From NCBI GenBank assembly GCA_051362555.1, contig CM120645.1, positions 12,462,001 to 12,526,000 of the forward strand: a stretch of DNA of 64,000 nucleotides, read 5' to 3'. The notes beneath the pieces were generated by a model. That model worked only from the letters and a program-made list of their open reading frames with translations, did not search any database and was not told the origin of the DNA. The translations under genes were made by a program, and so were the position numbers. Within the stretch, counting starts at the first letter, position 1, and each line of letters starts with the position of its first letter. Origin of the DNA: Lingula anatina. Lineage: Eukaryota > Animalia > Brachiopoda. Positions 50,155-62,704 of this stretch are shown here, one piece after another.

Positions 50155-51266
50155 GTAGCACTTTAATCTTTGGGTTGCGATGTTGGTGAAAAATTTATAA
50201 TTATAACTATTACATTATCTATATTTTTTACCAAACAGATACCTTTGCCGCGAAATTTCATATTAGGCTAAAGTTAAGAATCGAGTAGAGTTTAACATAA
50301 TGACACCGACATTTTTTTCAGGTCATTGGTGGACAAGACGAGCACTGTGTGGGACGACGTTTTGACCAATTTTTAAAGAATCCATGAGAGCCTGACCCAG
50401 CGTGATCTCTTGATGAATTTTGATAAATTCATTTAATCGGGGTGTCGGTTACAGTACCATTTGGCTCGATTCTTACTACATTATCCTGGATTGCAGGAAA
50501 TATATACTGCTGGAATAAAACGAAGAACTTATCATATAAATATTTTTTTGTATCTTTTAATGCAAACACCAAGTACGCGTATGGCATGGTTATTTGAATG
50601 AGGTTAGGCATATGCATTAAGGCAAGCTGTTTTTGGAATTAACTAAAATATGACACTTTGAAACTATAGGCTATTTAAACAAAATTTCAAATTATGAAAA
50701 AAAATTGCATTTCTCAGAGCTTCACGTGCAGTGTGCATTATTATCATGCAGACATCAGGTGACTGTTAGGTGCTTATTCACTGAAGAAGATTAAAAGAAA
50801 ATCCATTCTAAATGCAACGTTAGTATACAATTTTCTCGAAATAGATTCAACACAATGTGTTTTAAAATGACTTATTAGGTGTAAATTGATTTGCAAAGTA
50901 CGGGAAGCATGCAATGTAGATAAACCACTTGATACTGTTGCAAAAAATAAAAAAAAAAATCTTTTGCCATTTGAACAAATTAAAAAACAAAACGTTGCCA
51001 TAAAAGCATCTATTGTAGCCGTCATCTAGATGCACCGATATATCCAATTTAATGAAGATAGTGGCACTCGAAGATACCCAAGAACTATTTCGCCTGACTG
51101 TCATACATCAGGGTGAAGGAGGTTCGCGAAATCATTCTAATGATTGCTCCGTGTCATCCATAATGGACCGGGTCAGGCCTATATGTCCCTTTCACGCCAT
51201 GGGGGACAAAGGGTACAAATGTGTGGTGTCTCTTTGACAGGTCAACAGCCATGACGAGTACTGAAT

Positions 51267-51600
51267 GAGAGAGAGAGAGAGAGAGAGAGGGAGAGAAGGA
51301 GGACAGGTATTTTGGATGGAGAAAAAAGCGTAATAGTGAATGTGTGTGTGGGTGTGTGCGTGTGTGTGTGTGCGTGCGTGTACATGCGCCCGTGCTTGAG
51401 AGAGATTAAGAGAGGGAGAGAATGGAGGAAATAGATTGATTTTTTGGAAGGAGAAAAAAAGCGTAGTAGTGAATGTGTGTGCGTGTGTTCGTGTGTGCTT
51501 GAGAGAGACAGGGGTGGGTTTGGTTGGGGGTGAATAGTTGAAGGAAGGGAAGACGAAAGAGGAAGACTAAAATATAGAGACAGAGAGAGGGAGAGAGAGA
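51267..51600. repeat. Compound (GA)n/(GT)n microsatellite with a tandem unit of about 130 bp
   Basis: GGAGAAAAAA(A)GCGTA(A/G)TAGTGAATGTGTGTG occurs twice (about 51318 and 51450). Confidence 0.8.
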
Positions 51601-54021
51601 CTATTAAACGCTTACATGTAATACCAAAGATTCTTGATATTCCTCTCATTCACCAGGATAATAAAAACTTGATTTAATAATCTTTTCGCACGTTTTTCTT
51701 TGGGGGAATGACATCAAGTGACACAGACACGGTAGTCGAACAAGGCGTTATTGTTGTTGGTAAATTGGTTCTAGTGACTGGACCCGTCCCCGCTATTTTA
51801 TGCTGTTGGTCACGAACCAATACACTTGCTAACTCATCCCGTACCAGGACTGGGTGGCGTATGTGGAAAAACTAGCATACAAACTGCCTATATATAATTT
51901 TGGGTAACAGTGAATGTAATTGTTTAGAGAAATTCCCCATTTGTCCCTTAGAAGACACCAAACATTTAATTTTGCCTGACATTTACATAATGGCTCGGCG
52001 ATTATCATGGGGTGCAATTATATATGTGTGCTCCGAACTTCACTGTTTATAAGAATCGTTTACACGTGTTGAGTAAAAATTCCGTGACACAATCTATTTT
52101 GGCACGAACTTTAAAAGAGTGAGGTCAGCATATTTCATAAACACTGGCCATAAATTTTTGAGTCTAGTGAGTTTTGTAATTGATTATCATTATGTGACTT
52201 AGGCCCATGAAGACCCATATAGTGACTATCGCGTTGTCACTTAATTGCTGTAAAATGTCATGAGAAATTCGAGGTCGCGAAAAAATGTTTCAAACACCAA
52301 CGCGAGAACAATAACGGAAATGAAAAACCATTTAACAAACATTTGTGGACTGCGTTCCGAGTGATGTGAAAAAGTAAAATTGACATTGGCTATTTTGGGG
52401 AAAATATCGAAAAATACAACATTGGATGACATAACCCCAATTATTCCCTGATTATTTTATTCATATAATCCTCCAATATCAACTCGCCAGCATCATAACA
52501 CGTTATGTCTTTAAAGAAGAAGGCCTAGGCCTTGGTGCGACTTGGTCTCTCACGACTTGACTTCTGCTTCAGTCGCATTGCGGCACGAAATAACTTAAAT
52601 GAGACAAAGACACCAAATCTTGAAACACGTATTCACGAATTCATTTCTCCATTCACTTCATCGTATGGTCAATCATCTACATGTTTAACAAGCCACATCA
52701 AGGCAGATGTTTTACCGGTACATATTGGTTAGGCCTAATGTGAATAATACCTTTCACTAACACATGCCATTTAAATTAACATGTATTTATGAACTCTTTA
52801 ATCTTATCAAATAGCTTAATGCATTGATGGTTAAAATGAAAACATCAAATGAAATAAAAAAAGGAAAGGCCAACAAAATTACTTCACTATTCATTTATGG
52901 TGTTCATTAAGTAATTAACACAAAGAAATACAAAGCTTTTCAGCGCTTTCAGTTCTATCATTTCCTTTAAATTCATCTTTTCATCTATCACACTGATTGC
53001 ATTTTGTTTGTCTTTTATTTATTGAAACGATGTGCCAAGATAGTTATTGAGACTTAATTGTTTGTTATGTGAAGAAAACAACAACAAAAATACAAAAAGC
53101 ATGAACGGTATCACAGTGGCAGAGGCCTAGCACCGAACAAATCAAAAATTAAGTAAAAGCTTATTCATAATTCATTGTGTTAGCTGTTCTCTTTTATTCC
53201 TTCACAATCACAACTTGTCTTATTGAAAAAGATGAACATCCAGTTATTCCAGCTGTGCAGCTTTCGTAACTTGAAAGATTTACCTGGGATGTGACCTGAC
53301 AGGGTAGAGAGAAGGGCAGACCGCGTTCATACTTGTGTTGTCACATTAAACGTGTCGGTTCCCATCTGCTGCTACGGCAAAAATTTATGTTCAACACGCA
53401 CATAATCGTCGACAGTGGTGAGAATTATCTGAGGGGCAAAGTCCTTACTCTTATTGCCTTCCAGCTAACCTGAGGAGACTGGGGTCATGTGGTGTAGTGA
53501 ATAAAGTACACAAATAAATAAATGCCCTAAGAGTCTTAGCTACATCAATCAGGTTTCAATATACTAACATATTCATAACCTAATAGCACCATTTCAAAAA
53601 GCAAGAGCACGCAAGAGGGCGGGGGAGGGGGGCAAAATTGATCGAAATGATGCATTCTGTTCATGATTCAATTTTCAAAATTTCATATCTGACATCTGAC
53701 AAAACACCCGCTATTAATAAAATAGGTTTATTGCATAAAACTTTATAATATAAAAACAAATTAATAAAGTGAAAACTTGATTTGATTTCAATGATAACAA
53801 TAGTAAAAACAGTTAGGATGCCAATGTACTGTGAATTTAGGTCCTACCACCGAGAAATAAATTTAATAGTGCGCTTGGTCACCTTTCATGATTCACTTCA
53901 TTACAGAGCACCACAAACTTTATCCATACACAAAACTTCATAAATAAAACTTTAAAATGTCCTTAGGTGGTAACCGGTTTCAAAGGGTACTTTCAAATGG
54001 CTAAGGGCACACTTGTTGTTG

Positions 54022-55725
54022 TCACATCAAACAAGAGTCCAGATGCCTGTTAATGTCACTTGGCATCACTAAATTACTGCACACAGGACAGGGCACCTTG
54101 GTCATAGCCGTAAAGGTCATTTCAGACTGACCCAACCCTGATGGCTCTGATTGACCACTCTTTTCTGAGAAACTGGACATACTACCTAAGTTCATCCCCT
54201 TTTCATGAATTCTATGAGAACTAGGTCCAGCCTGGTCTTTACATGACCCATGTTTGGAGCTCTCTTCCATACTAACACTGAAGAGGGATATTGCACCTGT
54301 GTCAGACATATCTTTATGAGGATTAGATGAACTGCCTGAACTATGATTTGCCTTAGTAGAAGGTTTTACAGTTTCAGATGGCAGAACAATGTTCTTTTTC
54401 TGATTCTCATTCACAACATTCAAGTCTTTTTCATCGTGGTTGGTCTTTCTAATACCCAAGGCAGCATAGATGTCATACTTAGGCTTTTTAACTCCCAGAG
54501 CTGCATTACTGTCATGTTTGGGCTTCTTCTGGAGTTGAGCACCACCTAGTGCTTTGGGTATCGCCTTCTTCTCAAGATTGTCCAAGAAACGCTTTCTGGC
54601 ATTTATCACAGTGTCACGTGTTGGGGTACTCATGCCTGAACTGGAGCATTCTGGTTTGTTACTACTGTTTGTAGATTCTGTAGAACTTCCAGGCACAGAT
54701 TCTGGGCTTTTAGAGTGAATTTCTATGGAGTTTAATTTAGGTAAAGTTGGTTTAACTTCAGTGGTATTTGTGCTACTGTTACAAGCAGTGCTACCAAGTA
54801 AAATCCCCTTTCCTTTAAACATTTCTCTTATATCTGCCCCATATTTGGATTTTTTATCAGGAACTTCTTTAGTTTCAGACTCTGTGGAATCTTTGGATGT
54901 CTTTTTACCCTTTTTCTTCCCATAATCCTCAGGTTCTTTTATCTTATGATAGGTGCCGCCACATGTCCTCTGGTGATCTGCCCACCAGGGGTCTCTGGAT
55001 GATGGGGCCCTGTTCATTGCACGTCTGACCATACCAAAATACGGTTTTCTTTTCTGACAGGGTCCATCACATTTCCACCAATGCTGCCTGTAGTTATCCA
55101 CCTCGTCATGGAAAGAGTGATAAATACTGATACTGGTCCCTGTTTCTTTGTTTATTCTGTTCATATGCTTACAGAATTCAGGTCCATGTCCGTCATGATC
55201 TTTATTATTGTCAGTGACAAATAAGTATGCATGGATCATTTCGTGTAATAAGGTCTCTACCAAGTCCTTCCTTGGCCTGAGTTTCAGCAAGGGCAGGCTA
55301 AGTCTAATGGAGCACAGGCCTCCACGCCCCTCATAGCAACAAAGTCCAGCACAGAGGGTCATACGGGGGCTCCACCGGACCTCCACCCCCGCCAGCCTCC
55401 CCCAGAAGTAAGTGTCATTGAACTCTAAAAACAGGGCCCTTGCATCGGGACTGGGATCTAGAAGCTCCCAACGCTCATCCACCAAAGACATGGTCTTGTT
55501 GTTTATGCCTTTTGCTGGGCTTCTACATGATGATGATGATGTTGACAATGAGGACGATGGTGGTGATGATGGCAGTTCCTGGTTGAACTGTTCCTGGAGC
55601 TGCTTGGCCAGAAGTGTGTCGTTCACAGTCATATCGTCACTGGTTGGGCCTCCTGATTTAGAAGTGGAGCATCTTTCTCGATCATACTGCTCCTGCAGTT
55701 TCAGTGCCAAGGCAAAGTCATCCAT
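54022..55725 (-). CDS. SPRTN: DNA-dependent metalloprotease Spartan (DVC1), 567 aa, intronless CDS
   Basis: SprT domain with HEMIH (HExxH); ...WSPRMTLCAGLC...; ZBD HWWKC..C...WWADHQRTCGG; SHP box FKGKGILLG; C-terminal UBZ4 CPVC...INRHLDSC; 5' UTR intron acceptor 7 nt upstream of the ATG. Confidence 0.97.
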   Translation of the reverse strand: MDDFALALKLQEQYDRERCSTSKSGGPTSDDMTVNDTLLAKQLQEQFNQELPSSPPSSSLSTSSSSCRSPAKGINNKTMSLVDERWELLDPSPDARALFLEFNDTYFWGRLAGVEVRWSPRMTLCAGLCCYEGRGGLCSIRLSLPLLKLRPRKDLVETLLHEMIHAYLFVTDNNKDHDGHGPEFCKHMNRINKETGTSISIYHSFHDEVDNYRQHWWKCDGPCQKRKPYFGMVRRAMNRAPSSRDPWWADHQRTCGGTYHKIKEPEDYGKKKGKKTSKDSTESETKEVPDKKSKYGADIREMFKGKGILLGSTACNSSTNTTEVKPTLPKLNSIEIHSKSPESVPGSSTESTNSSNKPECSSSGMSTPTRDTVINARKRFLDNLEKKAIPKALGGAQLQKKPKHDSNAALGVKKPKYDIYAALGIRKTNHDEKDLNVVNENQKKNIVLPSETVKPSTKANHSSGSSSNPHKDMSDTGAISLFSVSMEESSKHGSCKDQAGPSSHRIHEKGMNLGSMSSFSEKSGQSEPSGLGQSEMTFTAMTKVPCPVCSNLVMPSDINRHLDSCLM

Positions 55726-55732
55726 GAAAGGC

Positions 55733-56315
55733 CTAAAAAGAAAAGATTTCAGTGGTTTGACGTCAATTTAATTTTTAAAAAGGAAACTCTTTTTAACTTT
55801 ACTTATCTATATGTAAGGTACTGGATAAATGAAGAACTTACAGTTACCCATAAGAAGTTGTTATGAAACGGATTTTACTGCTACTCATCTATTTCGTTTT
55901 CTTTGTGAATGTCGATCATTCAAAGGAATCGAATTAAGAATTTTTCATCTGAATGTACACAGTGATATTATTTACCTTTTAACTGTACAGATATGACTAA
56001 CAAATGAACCCAAAGAAAACTCGAAATCCCATCAACTCCAAAGCTTTGAAACTTCAAAACAGGCTCGGTCAGGAAAATGCTAAGTTAACTATACATTTGC
56101 GTATCAACTTCGCTAATCATACATGCGTAGTATAAAGAGATGCGTGAACAATTTAAAAATTTAAAAAATTGACAAACATCAATTAGTAGCATTGTATTAA
56201 TCAAAATAAGATAATATCGGTTTATGTTCTAAAAAAAATAAATGTATACATTCTAAACTTTATTCCTAATATTGTACTGACTTTACTGGAAGACGCGTCG
56301 GCCATATTGGTCATC
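55733..56315. promoter_or_regulatory. Bidirectional promoter region SPRTN/ATP5F1C (includes SPRTN 5' UTR intron)
   Basis: Start codons 590 bp apart, head-to-head; YY1-like CGGCCATATT just upstream of the ATP5F1C ATG; candidate SPRTN donors at 55841 and 55975. Confidence 0.65.
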
Positions 56316-59300
56316 ATGTTGAAGCAGGCAGTACAAGTTTGCTCGCCAGTATGGTATGTAATTTGTTTGTATGACATATAGTTTTATGTTAAAATTTTTA
56401 AATACACTCATATGTAGCAAATTAAGTCACACAATCCTGATGTCGCAGCCTAGAAAACCGCATATACCTCATGCCGTTCACTGTAAACCCCCGGCGCCGG
56501 TTGCTCTCCTCTTTTCAACTGAGCAATACAGTCCGCTTTTGATACTGCTTTTAATAAAACAAGTACTCAACGGTAATGTCAGCTTTTCATTGCCAGTGTA
56601 AATATGTGTAATAAATTTATATACTTTGTTATTTTCACACGTTTTGCACTTACCGTAGTATAGTAAGATCCACACATTTCAGACGAGCATTTGTGAAAGT
56701 GAATTGAATTTGCACGCCACAAAACGCATGCTGTGCCATTTATGGTCTTACGAACCCTCTCTTTCAAGTTTGAAATTTGTGTTTTTTTTTGTCAGAAGAA
56801 AACAGCAAGTTTGATTATGGCCACAAAACAGCAAACGTTAACTGATTAATATTTATATGACAATCGGGCCTTATCCCAGAGCATGTTTGGTAGTGAAAAG
56901 ACAGAAATGCATGTATGTCTGTACTGTTTAATTGGGTAATTTATTTGCTTTGAGGTTTGCCCTTGCTGGAATTACATCCCTGGCAAGGATATCCTCTGTC
57001 AGTTTTTAGAAGAATTTGAGAATAACTATACCAAATAAACTTGTAAATTACATGTCAAGGATATTTTGGCATATTACAAAAAATAAAATGATTTTCTTAT
57101 TATTCAGGGTGCCAAATCGGAACATGGCTACTTTAAAAGACAGTAAGTACATTTGTTTAAAATAAATATGCCATGTTGTAGAATTTTATTTATGGGTCAT
57201 ATACAATCTGTATACATTCTTTAAATTGAAAGTTGCTTTCTAGGACTCATGATATTAAAGTACTGAATGTGTAACAATAAATTACACCATAAGTACCATA
57301 CTAATGGCAGTGTATTCAAAATTTTTAACAAATTATTTTTCTTCATAGTTTCAATCAGACTGAAGTCAGTCAGCAACATTCAGAAGATCACCAAGTCGAT
57401 GAAGATGGTGTCAGCAGCCAAATATGCACGTGCTGAGAGGGACTTGAAGCCAGCCAGACCTTACGGCAAGGCAGCTCAGGGTGAGAGGGCCCTTTTGATA
57501 ATATATTTTTTATCTGGTTTGATAATGATTGTTTTTACTTGAACCCATTTAGGCCAGAAGTTTTTTTAAATTGGTGAACATGTACCATTGACGCTAATTT
57601 TGAAGATATAGATATTGGTTAGTTTTTTTCCCCCAATTAGTGGGAAAATTTCCAATTGATCACCAAAAAAAAACAACATCTGAGATTGTCCACACTCTGG
57701 ATTTGACATTTCCTCCCCTCCAAAGTTTTATCAAATAATGGTATTTAAAAAAATAATAATAATAAAATAAATAATAATAATAATATTGTCTACAGACCCT
57801 GTTTATAGATTCACCACTTGTTGAAAAACATATCAATTCTGTCTGGCTTTCGATTAAAAAATTTGGTGACTTGTAGTATCTGAGTGTAATCTATTCAGGC
57901 CCGTAGCCAGCAAATTCAAAAGGAGGGTTTTTTTTCTGAAAAAGTGGACCTTTTACAATGAAACTTATGTGTACCTAGATAAAATTTTATCCAAAATGGA
58001 CCTTTTCCTGACAAAAGGGGCAGTTCTTTCTAACCCCCCAACCCCCCCCCCCCCCCCCCCCTGGCTACGGGCCTGCTACTCATATGTCTCATAAGTGACA
58101 GCTGTCCACAAAAGTACCTAAATGATAATATACATAGATCCAGATTACATATGTGTCTTTGGCAGCTTCATACATACCTCAATGTGATCCCACAGTACAG
58201 CTTAGTCCTCATTTCAAATCATCCCATTCCAGCCTTCTACGACGCAGCTGAGGTTGAAACCTCAGACAAGGGCAGCCACTTGATTGTTGCAGTGACGTCA
58301 GACCGAGGCCTGTGTGGTGCCGTCCACTCCAGCATAGTGAGGGCCATCCGTGCCACCCTGAATGAGGCCCCTGCTGGGGAGGAGACCAAGCTGATCCTAA
58401 TTGGGGACAAGGCAAGGGGCATGCTGCACAGGTGGGCTAGAGGTTCAGACACAAGTTCTTTTCTACAGAATCACAGATTTTGAGTTTTTTAATTCAATTC
58501 TTAATAAATATAATAATTCTTAATAATATAAATTTGGATGATGATGATGATGATGAATTCTGATGGTAGCTCCAAGAGAGTCGAATGATTAAGTATTTGG
58601 TACCTTGTTCAGAGACTGTTCTTTTTGAAACCCAAAAGATTAATCTGTATTACCCTTGGCTTACTTGTCATGTACCCTTTATGTGAAGTGTAAAAATTTG
58701 CATAAAATTTGCCTTATTGTATTGCAGTCTAGACTCGTCTTGTTGTATGTATACTTGTCAGACTGTACATTTTTGTGGCACATGCTGGCACGTAAGCTAC
58801 ATTTTATCATTTACTCTTATAAAACGTGAATTTAGCTAACATTTCATTTCTGTTTTTGTACATTACAGGCAACATGGCAGCAAAATATTAATGACATTTT
58901 CGGATGTAGGGAAGAAACCTCCAACGTTTAATGATGCTTCAGAGGTTGCTAACCAAATTATGAATTGTGGGTTTGATTTTGAGCGTGGATCAGTTTACTA
59001 TAATGTTTACAAGTAAGTGGTTTTCAAATTGTGGACATTTTCTTCCAAATTTTACTACAGTTTTTTTCTTAGAATTTCTGGTGTTAAAGATTATTATTGC
59101 TATTTTATTATTTTTTTGTTGTTGTTGTAAATTTTTCAGTAATTCATATCTGTTAACAATTGTTCACAGTAGTGTTATTAATTTCACCAAAAAGTACAAA
59201 GGATGAAAATTGGAGAAAGAAACTTAAATTTTGTGTGACGAATTGAAAAATGTGTAACTTTAATTTTGAAACTAGATGTGAAATGTCTGCCTTCTAGGGT

Positions 59301-60077
59301 TTTTTTTTTTTTATCCTGTGGCTTTAAGTTTTTGTCAAACAATTTATTTCAAACATACGTCATAATTTTCCTGTCGGTTTTAGCTACGTACCATCAAACA
59401 ATTCATTTCAAATATCTGTAAATAATAATCATTGTGCTCTGTGACTTTCAGATCTGTTGTGTCCTACCAGACCACCACTCTCCCCATCCACTCCATGTCT
59501 GCTGTCACCAAGGCTAAGAACATGGGCATGTACGACAGTGTGGATGACGAGCTTCTGAGGTCTTACAGTGAGTTCCAGTTTGCAAGCCTCATATACTATG
59601 CCATGAAGGAGGCTGCCACCAGTGAACAGAGCTCTAGGATGACTGCTATGGACGGTGCCAGCAAAAACGCCGGTATGATTTTTTTTTTTTTTACTTTTCC
59701 TTCTTTGGCTTGATGTAGAGTCAAGCTGTTTTACCATATTGAATGTTTTTTTTTTTTACAGTCGCTACATTGTATTTAGTTTTAAAAAAAAGTATGAAAT
59801 AGCATTGTTCTCTTGTTTATCAGTTTTAGACTTGTAAAGCCTTGTGAGTAAGTGAAAAAAGTCATCATTAACTTCCCATGAAGGGTTTTAAAATAACACA
59901 AAAATTATGTATTGGGTTTATATACTTCACTGTGTAGTCACTGCTGTTGACATTGTTGTTATTTGTTGTCATTCAGGTGAGATGATAGACAAGTTAACCC
60001 TGACCTACAATAGAACCAGACAGGCCGTCATCACCAGAGAGCTCATAGAAATCATCTCAGGAGCTGCTGCTGTATAA
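56316..60077 (+). CDS. ATP5F1C: ATP synthase F1 subunit gamma, mitochondrial (289 aa)
   Basis: Exons 56316-56353, 57108-57142, 57349-57480, 58233-58431, 58869-59012, 59452-59672, 59977-60077; GT-AG introns; 870 nt. [71 protein letters not shown]. Confidence 0.98.
57896..58075. mobile_element. hAT-like MITE in ATP5F1C intron 3
   Basis: Perfect 15-bp TIR CAGGCCCGTAGCCAG; flanks CTATT/CTACT suggest a 5-bp TSD. Confidence 0.75.
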
Positions 60078-60836
60078 AATTAAAGCCAATTAGGAAACCT
60101 AGGGATATATCTACAAATTGTAAATTGATCTTAAGCAAGTATTGTCATTATTATTATCTAGATTTCATCGTCTTGGGGACATTCGACTCAAAAAGATGGT
60201 TTTCCAGAGGGGTGGAAATATTGATGATTTTTTTCCCAGTGTGTGCACACGTTTTGATCTTTGTTACAGCAGTTCCCATAGGTGGGATGCTCTCAACGGA
60301 TTGGAATAGAAGAATAGACTTTTTGGTGCCTGGCACGTTTAATGTTGAAAAGACTTGTGAATATAAAAGAACCAGTAGAAGAGAAATGGAACAGATTTCA
60401 ATTATGCATTTTAGTGGCGGTTTGTTTCACTGTGGTATGGGAGTTGATACAGATTGAAGTTCTTTCAGACTTGATGGCATCACTATCAAGGGTCGTAGGA
60501 TTTTTTTGAAATAAAGCCAATTCTCTTGACCAATAGAGGCATTTTTGTGCATTTGATTTCTTAGAAGTGCAAGTGAGGAGATTTATTTAATGTACCTGAT
60601 TGTAAAGGTTCATTGTAACAGTAAAACTGAAGGCAAAAATATTACTTTTTTTAACAGTTAAAAAAAGGAGGGCTAACCAATCTCCAGTCAGTTTAGTCAC
60701 TGTTTTGTTTCATGTAGAAGTCAAATAGCTGAAACTTAATTTCGATGTGGAATGTGTATTTTAGTTCATTTCTCCATCATTTAAAGTAACTACACATGAA
60801 TGTAAACCAGCACTAGGAATACTGACCTTAACTTAA

Positions 60837-61163
60837 AGGGATAATAACTCTTCGTAGGAGATCTATATTTCACAATCAAAACATTGTGAATAACTCTACG
60901 ATAATAATTTTACGACAAAAACAGCAGTTATAGCTATTATTCTGATATCTAAGCTTGTCTTCAGATCACGTGACCTCCATTGATGGCTATACTCTGTAAT
61001 AGTCTCTTAAGAGATTTTAACAAAAAACCAAACTTTTTAGAAAAAAACCAGGGACTAACTTTGAATGTAAAAATGGATTCATTAACCATTGGTAAGTAAG
61101 GGAAAATTGTTGTTTACTCCAGGAAAATTCATTTTTTGGCCAAAACGAAGAGTTATTATTGCT
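60837..61163. mobile_element. Kolobok-like MITE
   Basis: TTAA TSD on both sides; TIR AGGGATAATAACTCTTCGT / ACGAAGAGTTATTATTGCT. Confidence 0.8.
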
Positions 61164-62297
61164 TTAATATGCAATCTCCCCTGAGAATACAAAGCAAACA
61201 TAATTACAAATATATTAAATGAAATCCAATTTCACTCGCATGTCAATGAGTAAAAGATGAAACAAATACTTTGCAAATCAATCATTTTATTGATAGGACA
61301 ATGCAATACTGGCTTCTTCTCTGGACATATCCATGAGTTGGATACTACGTTATCATAAAGTCTACCTATCAAAATATGTAGTTCCTAACATCTTAAGACT
61401 GATACACAGTATCAAAGTCTAACCAGAAGACTACTTAATACTGGCCAGTAAAATATTAAAGATCTGGACAGTAATAACTGCCAAAGTACTGGATACATTG
61501 AAGCATTGATCAACAAGCAATAATACTCTCTTTGACAGCTACTCTTGAAATAGTGGCAAAAGTTGGCAGGATTTACAGTCTTCATTTTGATCATTTTTTT
61601 AAATGGTCTAGTAAAAGCAATGAAGAACTACAAGCTATGTTTTCAGGATTTTCAGTTTTTACAACTTTCACCCATGTGGACATCATTTACAAGAAAAAAG
61701 AAAGTACCAGTATAAGTGATAGTGTATGCCTTGGGTTAGTTCTGATATCAATTACACTGACTTATCCAACATCATTTAATCACAAATGACAGACTTCCTT
61801 TTCAATTAAACAGTTTAAATTTATAACATATCTGGCAGACTGCTATACATTCTGGTTTAATAAAGCATCCTCGGTAAACACTATCAACTGCAAGCATAGA
61901 TCGGTTCATTTTCAGATTTTAATTTTTCAACAACATAAATAGTTAAGACTAAGCAACACATTCCACAAGGCAACATGTTTGTGCATTATACAGTATTCTA
62001 AGGCACAGTTACAAATGTATATCCTAGCCTTGGTCAATCCACAATGAAAGTGATTATTTTTAAATAAAACTTAAAAGTCATGACAGTGCACAACCCACAC
62101 ATCTTGTGTAATATTTGCATAATTTTGGCTCGAGTCATAATATTTTGCTTTTTTGTATGATGACTCTCTCCAACATGGAAAGAAATTGGCAGTCATTCAA
62201 AAGTGATAAAACACAGTTCTATAAATATTACACAAAATGCTTGTTTCACTGACCTGACTCAAATGACCACTTTCTTGTGGAATGACCCACCTTTTAA

Positions 62298-62527
62298 TTG
62301 TAAACAATGACTACCAAAAATGAATGTCTTTTCACATTTCTGTGATGTGTATACTGTCTAGTACATTTTGATAAAGACATTCACAAATACTATTTAAAAT
62401 TGGAGATAAAGTTGTAAACACTGACCACTTAAAAAAATAACATCTTCCCATGATTCTCTGATGTGTATATTGTCTAGCCCATTCCTGATAAAGACATTTA
62501 CATATAGCATTTAAATAATTGGAGATA
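62298..62527. repeat. Two-copy tandem duplication (about 115 bp) in the SSUH2 3' region
   Basis: TTGTAAACA.TGAC...TGATGTGTATA.TGTCTAG...TGATAAAGACATT...ATTGGAGATA at 62298 and 62412. Confidence 0.75.
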
Positions 62528-62704
62528 TGGTTGCTTTTACAAAAAAAAAAAATGAACTGAATGAGAAACCCCATCCTAATACTTCCCCTTCTCCAGTTGT
62601 AAGTATGGATTCAGTTTTGACAATTGCAAGGACTCTGGATTTGAAACAAATTTACCCCATTTCATCATTGACCCCCTTCTCCCAACACATGCAATCAAAA
62701 CGCC

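Noticed and set aside
54343-55771. Plus-strand ORFs antisense to SPRTN
   Set aside because: They are shadow ORFs of a real coding sequence.
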